Below are positions 8,437 to 17,243 of a stretch of 64,000 nt of DNA, piece after piece. Each line of letters opens with the position of its first letter. Position 1 is the first letter of the stretch. The stretch is from a virus (taxonomy: Duplodnaviria; Caudoviricetes), in the IMG/VR virus record IMGVR_UViG_3300028805_000055, positions 64,001 through 128,000 of that record. One strand, 5' to 3'. The position numbers and the translations under genes were made by a program. Below the pieces are notes generated by a model. It saw only the letters and a program-made list of their open reading frames with translations, did no database searches and was not told where the DNA came from.

Positions 8437-8510
8437 AAGGGGTGTGGCTATGGAAAGCCAGCGCCAGCTAAAATAGGAATCGAACCTATACATACACCTT
8501 TGCACCCCTT
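8437..8510 (-). ncRNA. small structured element containing a tRNA T-arm
   Basis: closing AAGGGGTG/CACCCCTT, ATAGG-TTCGATT-CCTAT, TGGCT/AGCCA; followed by terminator 8391-8424. Confidence 0.45.
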
Positions 8511-8514
8511 ATAC

Positions 8515-8904
8515 CTATTCCTGTGGATTAAACTCTACCTGTGCCATCTGTGTACCACAATCATCCCTACCACAGCAGATATTGTAACCAGACAATAGGT
8601 TTTCGTCGTAGGTGGTAAGAATCATATCATCATCAATTCTTTCACCGCAATTGGGACAGGCGATAACAAAGTCCCCATAGTTATCAAGTGGGAAATACTT
8701 AACGCCCATCCCAGATAGTTCTAAAATCGCCTGTGAGCTGCAAATAACGTCGTAGATGGCTAGTATACCATTCTTACCGTCGAATGAGTTCTGGAGGCGT
8801 AAAACGCCCAATCTGATAAGTATATTAATGAAATTGCTAATAGGCTTCTCATACCAGTCAGTGACGTAGATGCGAATCTTATATTTCTTCTTATTCTTTG
8901 CCAT
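8515..8904 (-). CDS. zinc-ribbon protein
   Basis: CPNCG...CCGRDDCG. Confidence 0.65.
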   Translation of the reverse strand: MAKNKKKYKIRIYVTDWYEKPISNFINILIRLGVLRLQNSFDGKNGILAIYDVICSSQAILELSGMGVKYFPLDNYGDFVIACPNCGERIDDDMILTTYDENLLSGYNICCGRDDCGTQMAQVEFNPQE

Positions 8905-8970
8905 AGAGCGTTTATTTTATGTTAGTGGATAAGAGGAAGCCCCACTATCTGTGAGGCTTCCAGAGAGGGT

Positions 8971-10065
8971 TTATGCAACCGACAGAAGCATTTCCTGTGC
9001 TTTCTGGATTTTGTTGTAGGCGTTACCACCCATGAGGCTATCGAACTTGATTTCCTCATTCGAGAAATTAGCCTCGTTCTGGAAATAGGTGGTGAGACCG
9101 TTGATGAACCACATACCTGTGCCTGCCTCTTGAATGTCCTGCCCGATGCCAGACTCCATAGCGTTCTTCACGTTGAGGAACAGGTTACGTCCACGAGTCT
9201 TGATGCCCTCAGACTCAATATCGCCTGTCTCATGGAACACCTTTGCAGCCTCTGGAGAGAGAAGCACATCAGCCAAGATGTTATCCAACTCCTTTTCAGA
9301 GAGGCGAATGTTACGCAGATGCTCAAACTGCTCTTTCAGACCAGATGCGTACACCTCGTAGAGATTGAGGGTCTTGTATGCGAACTCCGCATTTTCCTCC
9401 TGCAACAAGTCGAGGCGAGACATCACGTTACGACTGTGACGGAAAGAGATACGCCCGATATTGTTGTGCATAGCGAGATTGAGAGTGTTGTTGCACACCA
9501 CACGAATCGGGGTGATAACACATCGTACAGAACCTGTACCGTCATGAGAGGTGGTGAAGCAGGCGTACATATCTACCAAATCATCACGTCTGGCATCTAA
9601 GACTATCTGCTTTGGGAACTTAGCGGTAACGAACACACGCTCACCACGACCTAAGACACCAGCGGTTTCGATAACAGGTGTATTGTCCCTGTCTGTGTTC
9701 TTACCAGAGACCAACAGGTCTACGAACTTGAAAGCATCGCTATTCTGGACAATGCCGTAGGAATCAGATACCACGCCCAGAGACTGATTGAGGTCAGTGC
9801 GTACCGTAGCCATAGTGTTGGGGATAACCAGAGAGAGCAATGTATCAGCATCAATGCCACCATTCAAAATCTTGTCTTGCACCTCTGGGGTCAGAACCAT
9901 GACGGGCTGCATCATCACGTTATAGTCTGCATGAGAGAGTTTTAACGCCTCATCAACGTGCATTGCGCCATCTACCTGCTGTCCGAGGCTGTGCCATGCC
10001 AGACCGCTTTTCTTGTTCTCTACAAAGGAGTAAACTCCGTTTCTGTTTTCAATATTTGCTGCCAT
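8971..10065 (-). CDS. DUF932/DUF945 family phage/plasmid protein
   Basis: AWHSLG, YGIVQNSDAF, ETAGVLGRGERVF, TSHDGTGS, TPIRVVCNNTL motifs. Confidence 0.9.
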   Translation of the reverse strand: MAANIENRNGVYSFVENKKSGLAWHSLGQQVDGAMHVDEALKLSHADYNVMMQPVMVLTPEVQDKILNGGIDADTLLSLVIPNTMATVRTDLNQSLGVVSDSYGIVQNSDAFKFVDLLVSGKNTDRDNTPVIETAGVLGRGERVFVTAKFPKQIVLDARRDDLVDMYACFTTSHDGTGSVRCVITPIRVVCNNTLNLAMHNNIGRISFRHSRNVMSRLDLLQEENAEFAYKTLNLYEVYASGLKEQFEHLRNIRLSEKELDNILADVLLSPEAAKVFHETGDIESEGIKTRGRNLFLNVKNAMESGIGQDIQEAGTGMWFINGLTTYFQNEANFSNEEIKFDSLMGGNAYNKIQKAQEMLLSVA

Positions 10066-10116
10066 AATCTTAATGTTTTTGTTAGGCTACCGCAGGACTA
10101 TCCTTTGGTTTCACGC

Positions 10117-10150
10117 TGCAAAATTAGACAAAAAAATCGAAACTACCAAA
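10117..10150 (-). promoter_or_regulatory. Bacteroidota sigma promoter
   Basis: TTTGG...TAATTTTGCA. Confidence 0.85.
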
Positions 10151-10201
10151 TATTTTCGTAAAAACTTATAGGACAATATAAAGATTTAACGTTTGTTCAC
10201 A

Positions 10202-10271
10202 CAAATGGGGCACATTTTCACAAATGCACCCCATCCAAAAAACAAATCATTTAATATGGAAACAAAAACAT
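10202..10271 (-). terminator. hairpin with GTGA loop preceded by a U-rich CAU tract (sRNA candidate)
   Basis: TGGGGTGCATTT-GTGA-AAATGTGCCCCA. Confidence 0.6.
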
Positions 10272-10496
10272 CTAAGTCAAAAATACATAGTCTGATGGGT
10301 CACTGGTAGAGCAGTTACACATCTGATTATAGCAAATGAAGCCTATTAACTCTGAGCCATCCTGCAAACCGTTCCATGCTTGGTGATACTCATTGCCCTC
10401 GTCATCAGATGACATGATAATCTTTTTCTTACCTAATCCTGCTGCACTCATTTTGAGACACATTGCAGCTAATTGGTCAATCGTAATTCCTTCCAT
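10272..10496 (-). CDS. hypothetical protein
   Basis: 74-aa ORF with SSDDEGNEYH motif. Confidence 0.75.
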   Translation of the reverse strand: MEGITIDQLAAMCLKMSAAGLGKKKIIMSSDDEGNEYHQAWNGLQDGSELIGFICYNQMCNCSTSDPSDYVFLT

Positions 10497-10499
10497 AGT

Positions 10500-10952
10500 C
10501 TAATAGGGATAATTGGTTTCTTTGAACATATCAATAATCTTCTTACTGGTCTCTGCCGCATATCTGTTGCGGGGGTCGTAATATCCTTTAGAGGCATTAT
10601 CTGCAAGAATCTTGATGTACTCTAAGCAGACGTGAAACATTTCGTTCTGCAAGTAACGATGCTCACAGGACATCTTTGCTGCCACAGCCTTAGCACTGCC
10701 CATCTTACCATTGACAAAGTTGCCAAACTGCCGAGCAAATAACTCGTCCTTAGACTCACCTGCCTTTTGACAGGAATCGTATTCAAACCTGTTGAGAATG
10801 TAGTGCAGAATCTCTTTGGCATCCGCATCCCTGCCCTCTTCCAGTGCTTTCTTATAAGAGTCCATTAAGACCCTGTTAGACTGGTAATATAACTTGTCAG
10901 CCTCGACACATTCGCCTGTAGCCAACATGATTTTTTCTTTCTCCATAATCAA
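10500..10952 (-). CDS. hypothetical protein
   Basis: 150-aa ORF with HRYLQ and YYDPRN motifs. Confidence 0.8.
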   Translation of the reverse strand: MIMEKEKIMLATGECVEADKLYYQSNRVLMDSYKKALEEGRDADAKEILHYILNRFEYDSCQKAGESKDELFARQFGNFVNGKMGSAKAVAAKMSCEHRYLQNEMFHVCLEYIKILADNASKGYYDPRNRYAAETSKKIIDMFKETNYPY

Positions 10953-10959
10953 TTGCTAT

Positions 10960-11265
10960 TTAAATTGTGGCAAAATCTTGAAACTGGGTGTTCACCTCTC
11001 TTACATCCACTCTGCCAATGGTATAGGTATCGCTTTGACCATTATCAAACCACTTGAATGATTTTTCATCCCACTCACAGGCTTGAAGGTCATTATTCAA
11101 TTCTGATGCTGCATCAGTAAGATTTGTCCATTTACCATCAAAATCCATATTGATGATATTTAGGATAATTTCCTTAGCTGCATTGATAGAAGAACACACC
11201 ATAACACTGATGTTCATAGACGCATCCTTATCGTCATTCTGATAAACTCTAATTATTTGTACCAT
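10960..11265 (-). CDS. hypothetical protein
   Basis: 101-aa ORF. Confidence 0.75.
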   Translation of the reverse strand: MVQIIRVYQNDDKDASMNISVMVCSSINAAKEIILNIINMDFDGKWTNLTDAASELNNDLQACEWDEKSFKWFDNGQSDTYTIGRVDVREVNTQFQDFATI

Positions 11266-11278
11266 AATGATGCCAAAG

Positions 11279-11605
11279 CTAAATTATTTCTGAAAGAATG
11301 TCCATTAACTTATCGACCATGCAAATGTCGTCGAGAGAGATTTCACCCGCACCATCAAAATCTTCGTCATTGTGACGGATTGTAATGTCACCAAAGCGAT
11401 TAATGATGGTGAAACTACGAGTGATAAGTTCTGTGGATGTTCGTCTCTGATAGAGGCGTTCCATCACGCCCTCAATGCTTTCTCTGATGCTTGATGCAAT
11501 ATCGTTAAGAGCATCTTCGGCATCATCGTGCGCTTGGCTAAGGATTGCATATTCCTCATCGGTCAGCACCTTGTTGCCATCTTTGTAAAAATCTTCTCTA
11601 TTCAT
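11279..11605 (-). CDS. hypothetical acidic protein
   Basis: 108-aa ORF below promoter 11632-11665. Confidence 0.75.
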   Translation of the reverse strand: MNREDFYKDGNKVLTDEEYAILSQAHDDAEDALNDIASSIRESIEGVMERLYQRRTSTELITRSFTIINRFGDITIRHNDEDFDGAGEISLDDICMVDKLMDILSEII

Positions 11606-11631
11606 ATTTCCTAAATGTTTTTGTTAGACGC

Positions 11632-11665
11632 TGCAAAATTAGACAAAATAAATGATACTACCAAA
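11632..11665 (-). promoter_or_regulatory. Bacteroidota sigma promoter (left half of a divergent pair)
   Basis: TTTGG...TAATTTTGCA. Confidence 0.8.
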
Positions 11666-11760
11666 TAAATTAATACTTTTTAACTAAAATTTTTATCATC
11701 ATGCGCACACGCATATATAATAAGGTGAAATAAAATAATTGAAAAATAAACATCCAAAAA

Positions 11761-11794
11761 TTTGGTTATTCCAGATTTTTTGCTTACTTTTGCA
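11761..11794 (+). promoter_or_regulatory. Bacteroidota sigma promoter (right half of a divergent pair)
   Basis: TTTGGTTATTCCAGATTTTTTGCTTACTTTTGCA. Confidence 0.85.
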
Positions 11795-11819
11795 CCCAGA
11801 TAACAAATATATAAGGCGT

Positions 11820-12050
11820 ATGATAATACCTATTAGAGATTTGAAAGTAATGGTTCTGTCTTTCCCTGTTGATGATTATCGCAGGAGAGAGCTAATAAAC
11901 AAGACGGATGAGGAGTTAATTGAAATTGCCACCAAGAGTCCCAAGTGTAAGGTCTGGGAAGACTTGGAGGTATTTCAGAATTGCCTCAACAATGAACTCG
12001 TAGACACGGAGAACAACTGGATATTCTTTGCCAGTCAACAGGTTAAGTAA
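11820..12050 (+). CDS. hypothetical protein
   Basis: start corrected to MIIPIRD, downstream of the promoter. Confidence 0.7.
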   Translation: MIIPIRDLKVMVLSFPVDDYRRRELINKTDEELIEIATKSPKCKVWEDLEVFQNCLNNELVDTENNWIFFASQQVK

Positions 12051-12103
12051 GAGCCTTCTGGAGCTTGTGGATAACCTCCAGCATATCTTTGGATACAGTT
12101 TAA

Positions 12104-12142
12104 AGGCGTGTGGGATAGACGATGCAACTATCTCATGCGCCT
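12104..12142 (+). terminator. GC-rich hairpin
   Basis: AGGCGTGTGGGATAG/CTATCTCATGCGCCT. Confidence 0.5.
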
Positions 12143-12312
12143 CACTGTGCGCCTAAGGTAGACATGTGATTAATAATAACCCAAGTGTACTTTTTTAAGT
12201 ACTATAAAGCAATATAAACTATGGATGTTATAACGGTATTAAAATGTATAGGTCTCGCCATACTGATTGTTGCAGTATACAACATGTGGCGTAATAGAGG
12301 AGGAGGGCGTAC

Positions 12313-12558
12313 ATGGGCACAGTAACGTTAGCTCTCGTGTGCGTCGTCATCGCCCTGCTACTGTCCGTCGCCTTGGTCTTCATGGAGCTGAAGCGAAAAA
12401 AAGATACCAAGCTCAATAGGATGTGGGCTAGACTCAATGGCGTTGACCCAGATGACACAGAGAAATGGTGGTTCCAGGAGTGGTGCAACCTATACAGGAG
12501 CTATTTGCCACGACCAGGACTGCTCCAACGACTGTGGAGACTCCTGGGAGTCGAGTGA
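12313..12558 (+). CDS. small membrane protein
   Basis: N-terminal TM helix followed by a basic patch. Confidence 0.6.
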   Translation: MGTVTLALVCVVIALLLSVALVFMELKRKKDTKLNRMWARLNGVDPDDTEKWWFQEWCNLYRSYLPRPGLLQRLWRLLGVE

Positions 12559-12610
12559 AAATGCTATAGCACCCAGTGTACTTTTTTAAGTCTAATCGAT
12601 ATCAAACCAT

Positions 12611-12829
12611 ATGATTGCATTATTACTAGCACAGAAGATTGTAGAAGCTGCCAGGGAGTCTGGCACAGTAACTGAAGAGGAGCTGGATGCTGCCGCATTC
12701 AAGATGGTCGCATACCTGCTTATAGCTCTAGTGGTGTTCTTCCTGGTGATGGTCTTCACCGACCCACAGTTCTGCTTCAGACACGACATCCAGGAATTCA
12801 TAAAGACTGTTAAAAATTTGGTATTCTGA
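12611..12829 (+). CDS. small membrane protein
   Basis: TM helix VAYLLIALVVFFLVMVF. Confidence 0.65.
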   Translation: MIALLLAQKIVEAARESGTVTEEELDAAAFKMVAYLLIALVVFFLVMVFTDPQFCFRHDIQEFIKTVKNLVF

Positions 12830-12850
12830 AAAAAAATGTATATCTTTGCA
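12817..12850 (+). promoter_or_regulatory. Bacteroidota sigma promoter
   Basis: TTTGG...TATCTTTGCA. Confidence 0.8.
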
Positions 12851-12888
12851 CTGTTTAGTATTAATCAACTAGTAAAGTAAAATAGAAT

Positions 12889-13113
12889 ATGCCAAGAATT
12901 ATCATTAAACAGCCTGGTAAACCCGACATGTGGGTCAAGAACATTGACAAACTCACGGGTGAGGTGACATTTACCACCAACAGGAACGAAGCCTATGTGA
13001 GGGATGGAGGCTTCTACTGTAATTCAGAAGTGAAGACCCTCAAGAATCCTATGATGTACGACCACGAGAAGTATCCAGAGCTATTGTATGCTCAGACAGA
13101 TGGTAGTTATTAA
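12889..13113 (+). CDS. hypothetical protein (paralogue of the next two ORFs)
   Basis: shared D-x-x-TGEV-x-x-T-x-x-x-x-x-A pattern. Confidence 0.75.
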   Translation: MPRIIIKQPGKPDMWVKNIDKLTGEVTFTTNRNEAYVRDGGFYCNSEVKTLKNPMMYDHEKYPELLYAQTDGSY

Positions 13114-13173
13114 TCCAGGGCTATAATAGTCCTGGTTGTACTTATTTAAGTCTAACTGTAAAAGTATTATAGT

Positions 13174-13371
13174 ATGGCAGTAATTTTAAAGCATAGGGAT
13201 GAGAACAAGTTCCTGGAGTCCTACGACGGTGTAACAGGTGAGGTCAAGCTCACAGACAAGATGGGCAACGCAAAGTGCTATAGCAACGACTGGTTCGCCA
13301 AGGCTGAGCTGGAACACCTTCAGTTCCACTTCCCAGAAGAAACTAAGGAATTGATAGTATACTTCACATGA
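13174..13371 (+). CDS. hypothetical protein
   Basis: DGVTGEVKLT, similar to 12889..13113. Confidence 0.75.
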   Translation: MAVILKHRDENKFLESYDGVTGEVKLTDKMGNAKCYSNDWFAKAELEHLQFHFPEETKELIVYFT

Positions 13372-13580
13372 AGAAGGTCATCTTAGAGTTTACCCTCAAC
13401 GGGCATAAACACACCTACTATAGGCGTACAGATATCTATGGTAGTCCTGTGACGACCACCAACGTCAACAGTGCTCGTAAGCTGAAGGAAAGTGAAGTCC
13501 CTGGTATAGTGAAGCTCCTCATCAAGGAGTACGGTAAAGACAATGTAATAGACATTAAACCCATAAGTGGTGACGACTAG
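13368..13580 (+). CDS. hypothetical protein
   Basis: ATGA overlap with the previous ORF; weak similarity to it. Confidence 0.7.
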   Translation: MKKVILEFTLNGHKHTYYRRTDIYGSPVTTTNVNSARKLKESEVPGIVKLLIKEYGKDNVIDIKPISGDD

Positions 13581-13692
13581 TAATCGTCACCATTTTTTTT
13601 ATATCCATACACAATCTCATACATATAAAAAAAAAATGGGACTCGAATTAACGAATCCCAACTGGTATAGTATCCATTGTACTTTTTTAAGT

Positions 13693-14229
13693 CTAACCTA
13701 TCCACTCTTCTGGATTGCCATGATAGTTATACATCGGTGGCACTCTGCTTGCGCTGGGTGGGTATGTGCATGCTACTGGATAAGGAAGCCTCAGCTGTCC
13801 ATCCTTCTCTGGTAATGGAGGTAAGTCATGCACCGACACTCCAGGAGCATCCTCCCTTACCAACGCCTCCAACAATCCAGGACGTGTGCCTCTAATCAAT
13901 AGCTCACTCTTGCCCTTCTTACACGTTACATACGCATGGTCAAGATTTCTAATCATGTCCCTCTGGAATGGAGGCATAAAGATATTACACCTCTTCATGT
14001 AGTCATCAAATGCTGTCACACTATAGAACATAATTGGTGCTCTGTTCATGTCACTCCACTCGTAGAAGTAGATAATACCATTGTACGTGCCATAATCCGA
14101 CTTAGTACCAATACCTCCACACCTAAACCCACAATAACTAGGAGGAGTATAAGAATGCTCTTCCTCTTCCTTCCTAATCAAGTAGAGTCTAAATAATGCC
14201 CACAGTTTCTCCTTACTAATATTTCCCAT
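13693..14229 (-). CDS. hypothetical protein (IYFY...F-x-S...FD-x-Y family)
   Basis: domain shared with the next two ORFs. Confidence 0.75.
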   Translation of the reverse strand: MGNISKEKLWALFRLYLIRKEEEEHSYTPPSYCGFRCGGIGTKSDYGTYNGIIYFYEWSDMNRAPIMFYSVTAFDDYMKRCNIFMPPFQRDMIRNLDHAYVTCKKGKSELLIRGTRPGLLEALVREDAPGVSVHDLPPLPEKDGQLRLPYPVACTYPPSASRVPPMYNYHGNPEEWIG

Positions 14230-14234
14230 ATACT

Positions 14235-14981
14235 TTAAATCTCTGTTACACTTCCACTTGTTTCATCAGCCGCCTCAAATAACATGTCGGCATAACTCTC
14301 TTCAGCCATAATCTCTAAGACACCATGCTCCTTGGCATAAGGATTCAAGCAACAGTGACTAACTGGCTTATAGGCAATCACCTCACCAACATATGGGGGC
14401 ACAAGATATCCTTCCTCCTGGCAATACTTATCGAACTCTATCAGAGAATCAAATTCAATCCTGTCATACTTGTCCTCATAGTTCGGATAGAAGTAAATCT
14501 TACCAGTACCAATCTCAGACTCATCCATGAATGGGTCATCCTCATTACCACTGTATGGTGTGTTAATGTCAATCACCTTGGCTTTTTTACCACCACGATG
14601 CCCACGATTCTTCCTGTGCTTATACTTGCCCTTGCTGTTGAGCTTGTTCAAGTTACGGAAATACTCGTCTTCGTCATACTCAGTTGCACTGTGACTCCTA
14701 GAAGGAGGATATACAATACAACCATCATCATCAACATAGTAGTCATCTTCATCCGACATACCATTGTAATACTGACGAAGCTTCTCCATTTCAGCATCAT
14801 AGTCATCATCCTCATCCAAGTCCATTAGATAAGCTAAGCTGTGCCTGCCACCAAGACAACGACCAACACTTGCCCAATAAGCACGCTCTTCATTTACCCT
14901 CCTGGTCACATACTGCTTGAACAAGGAGACTAAATTACCTCTGGCAATACCTGGGGCTATTACATTTATTTTCTTCGACAT
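14235..14981 (-). CDS. hypothetical protein with Asp/Tyr-rich linker
   Basis: 248-aa ORF with the shared C-terminal domain. Confidence 0.8.
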   Translation of the reverse strand: MSKKINVIAPGIARGNLVSLFKQYVTRRVNEERAYWASVGRCLGGRHSLAYLMDLDEDDDYDAEMEKLRQYYNGMSDEDDYYVDDDGCIVYPPSRSHSATEYDEDEYFRNLNKLNSKGKYKHRKNRGHRGGKKAKVIDINTPYSGNEDDPFMDESEIGTGKIYFYPNYEDKYDRIEFDSLIEFDKYCQEEGYLVPPYVGEVIAYKPVSHCCLNPYAKEHGVLEIMAEESYADMLFEAADETSGSVTEI

Positions 14982-15004
14982 CTAATACAATATTATAATA
15001 TATG

Positions 15005-15038
15005 TGCAAAGATATAAAAAAAATCTCAGAATTCCAAA
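15005..15038 (-). promoter_or_regulatory. Bacteroidota sigma promoter
   Basis: TTTGG...TATCTTTGCA. Confidence 0.8.
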
Positions 15039-15614
15039 TTATTCTGGCTTTTTTTCACCCTCATAATGCACATAGAATTTATCACTCACAATCACAGACG
15101 TTGGCTTCTTACCATCCCTAGTCAATAACACCTTGTCCTTGAAGATGTGAATCTTATATACCATAGCATTAGTGTCCTCTGGGTCATACCAATACCTAAC
15201 AACTATGTTGTTGCCCTCCTGCTTGAAACTCCAGTTGTGACTAAGCACAGTCTTGATGTAACCCTCGTTAACCTTGTCACTAGCCTCCTTGTAAGCACAC
15301 AACTTCTCCATTACACCAGTACCATATGTGCAAACAAATAATTCTTCACCACAAAGACAACAATGAACTTGAGTAATCTTCTTTGACTCATCATAATTCT
15401 CATCGTCAGTCAAAGCCATAAGCTCATCATACTTCTTGGCAAACAACTCCCTCACCTTGTCACATGAGATACCAGGATGACACTCCTCCATGTAAGACTG
15501 GAACTTAGAACTGTCATCAAACTCAATCCAATGTCTCTCACTGAAACATAGATAATGATACACAACGGTCAAATTATATACCAACCTATCATTGTTCCTA
15601 AATTTCAATTTCAT
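15039..15614 (-). CDS. hypothetical protein
   Basis: 191-aa ORF; WIEFDD...HCCLC resembles 14235..14981. Confidence 0.75.
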   Translation of the reverse strand: MKLKFRNNDRLVYNLTVVYHYLCFSERHWIEFDDSSKFQSYMEECHPGISCDKVRELFAKKYDELMALTDDENYDESKKITQVHCCLCGEELFVCTYGTGVMEKLCAYKEASDKVNEGYIKTVLSHNWSFKQEGNNIVVRYWYDPEDTNAMVYKIHIFKDKVLLTRDGKKPTSVIVSDKFYVHYEGEKKPE

Positions 15615-15955
15615 ATTTTATTTTGTTTAAAATTTTTCAACGATACACTGAAGACACAGTTTTTTCACACTTATTTCTAATTTTTTTTACGTCTATTTAC
15701 TAGTTCTTTCACTGTCCATTATTATAGTGTTGAGTGAGGTTGTTACCAACACCCTAACTTTCTCTTCCCTTCCCAGAATTTTTCACGCACACACTCTAAG
15801 AGATATGCATAGGAACACACCGAGAAATACCAAAAAAATTCAAGAATTCTCACTATCTCTAACCCATTCATAATCAAGCACTTACAACTAAATAATTCTC
15901 AAAAATTTTGTATATATTTGGCTTTACGTTACGTGTATTTGTAACTGTCTATTAA
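15615..15955. other. AT-rich non-coding region at a strand-skew flip (candidate replication origin or genome junction)
   Basis: ~340 bp without an ORF; plus strand is A/C-rich to the left and G/T-rich to the right although genes on both sides are minus-strand. Confidence 0.4.
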
Positions 15956-16282
15956 TCAGTTATTTACGTAGGTATTTGGATGTTTATGTATTTGGATTTG
16001 TCTCCATGTATTTCCATTTTCTTGTATGAATCTTTTCCATATTTCCATTGTTCTTACGAATTCTATTTCGGTTTGTGTAGACTGATAGAAATTATGTATG
16101 ACATCATTGATGGAGGGTTGGAGTCCGTCTTTGACTCTTATTTCCATCATGAGGTATGTAGCTATTTTAAATGTATGTAATTTACCATTTCTTTTCGCCC
16201 AGGTCATTAATAGTTTAGCAGTTTCTTCTTTATCTGCTGGTACTATTCTTGGCTTTTGTATTGGTGGTAGTTTAGTGTCCAT
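15956..16282 (-). CDS. hypothetical protein
   Basis: probable start MDTKLPP, coupled to the upstream stop. Confidence 0.65.
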   Translation of the reverse strand: MDTKLPPIQKPRIVPADKEETAKLLMTWAKRNGKLHTFKIATYLMMEIRVKDGLQPSINDVIHNFYQSTQTEIEFVRTMEIWKRFIQENGNTWRQIQIHKHPNTYVNN

Positions 16283-16580
16283 ATTGTCTTTCTTTTTGTT
16301 TTTCTTCTTCTTGTACAATATCAAAGAGCAGTTGGTCTATGATTGGTTTTGCTTTTTCCACTGCATCTTTTGAGTGTAGGACTCCGTATTTTCTTACATA
16401 GTTATAAGCCTTATCTTGTTGTTCCAGTGCTTCATCGAGTGTGCATTTTCTATCCAGCATAATTTCGGAAGGTGATTGGAACACCAGTTTCATTAGTATG
16501 GATAGGTTTCTTAGTCTTGTCATAGCTTCTTTAGCTTTTATGACATCGACTTTCTGGTAGTTAGCTGAATTTACTTCCAT
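16272..16580 (-). CDS. hypothetical protein
   Basis: 102-aa ORF. Confidence 0.7.
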   Translation of the reverse strand: MEVNSANYQKVDVIKAKEAMTRLRNLSILMKLVFQSPSEIMLDRKCTLDEALEQQDKAYNYVRKYGVLHSKDAVEKAKPIIDQLLFDIVQEEEKQKERQYGH

Positions 16581-16599
16581 ATTGTATAGTATGATATGT

Positions 16600-17232
16600 T
16601 TATGTTTCTTCCAGTGCTGATTCTGCGAATTCCAGGTCAGTCATTTTATGTTCGAGTCGTAGTTGTTGTAGTTGTACGTCTTTTCCAACTGATGTGAACT
16701 TGAACTTGCAGGGTATTTTTTTTCTGAATGCTATTGCGTCCTTACAGGCTTGTCTCTTATCTGCGTATACTGTAGCATCTGTTACTGTTTTATATTCTCC
16801 TCTTACTGTTTTATTGTAGATTAGTTCTAGCAGTTCTAGTTTTTTAGCTTCACGCAGTTGTGCATAGAGTTTATCCATGCCTTGCATGAGCATTTCGGCA
16901 TCTAGTGTTGTTCCGTTGACCCAGATGTCCATATCTGGAGTGAGTAGTACCTTTTCTTTCTTATTGGTGAACGAGTCTGGCACTTCAATATGTTTAATAT
17001 GTTTGACATGTATCATGGGTTGTGCGTCTTCGATTTTGAGACCAGTGATATAGAGTCTATATCCCATTTCTTCTGGTTTCATTTCGATTGCCTCTATTCC
17101 GTCAACGCCAGTGATATATGCTGCATAGTCAAGTATTTCTATTATGTGCAGTAGTATGATATCCCTATCCAGTGAATTATGTCCATTTGGATTTTTATTG
17201 GATATCTTTTCCATTAATGTTTCCTCATTCAT
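16600..17232 (-). CDS. hypothetical protein
   Basis: 210-aa ORF. Confidence 0.75.
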   Translation of the reverse strand: MNEETLMEKISNKNPNGHNSLDRDIILLHIIEILDYAAYITGVDGIEAIEMKPEEMGYRLYITGLKIEDAQPMIHVKHIKHIEVPDSFTNKKEKVLLTPDMDIWVNGTTLDAEMLMQGMDKLYAQLREAKKLELLELIYNKTVRGEYKTVTDATVYADKRQACKDAIAFRKKIPCKFKFTSVGKDVQLQQLRLEHKMTDLEFAESALEET

Positions 17233-17243
17233 ATATTGTTATT

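Larger units (their letters stand above)
12186..13696 (+). repeat. four dispersed direct repeats TGTACTTWTTTAAGTMTA (12186, 12577, 13137, 13678)
   Basis: near-identical 18-19-mers at gene boundaries of the plus-strand island. Confidence 0.8.

Noticed and set aside
11695-11730. dif-like recombination site between the divergent promoters
   Set aside because: Only TGCGCA matches; no recognisable XerD arm
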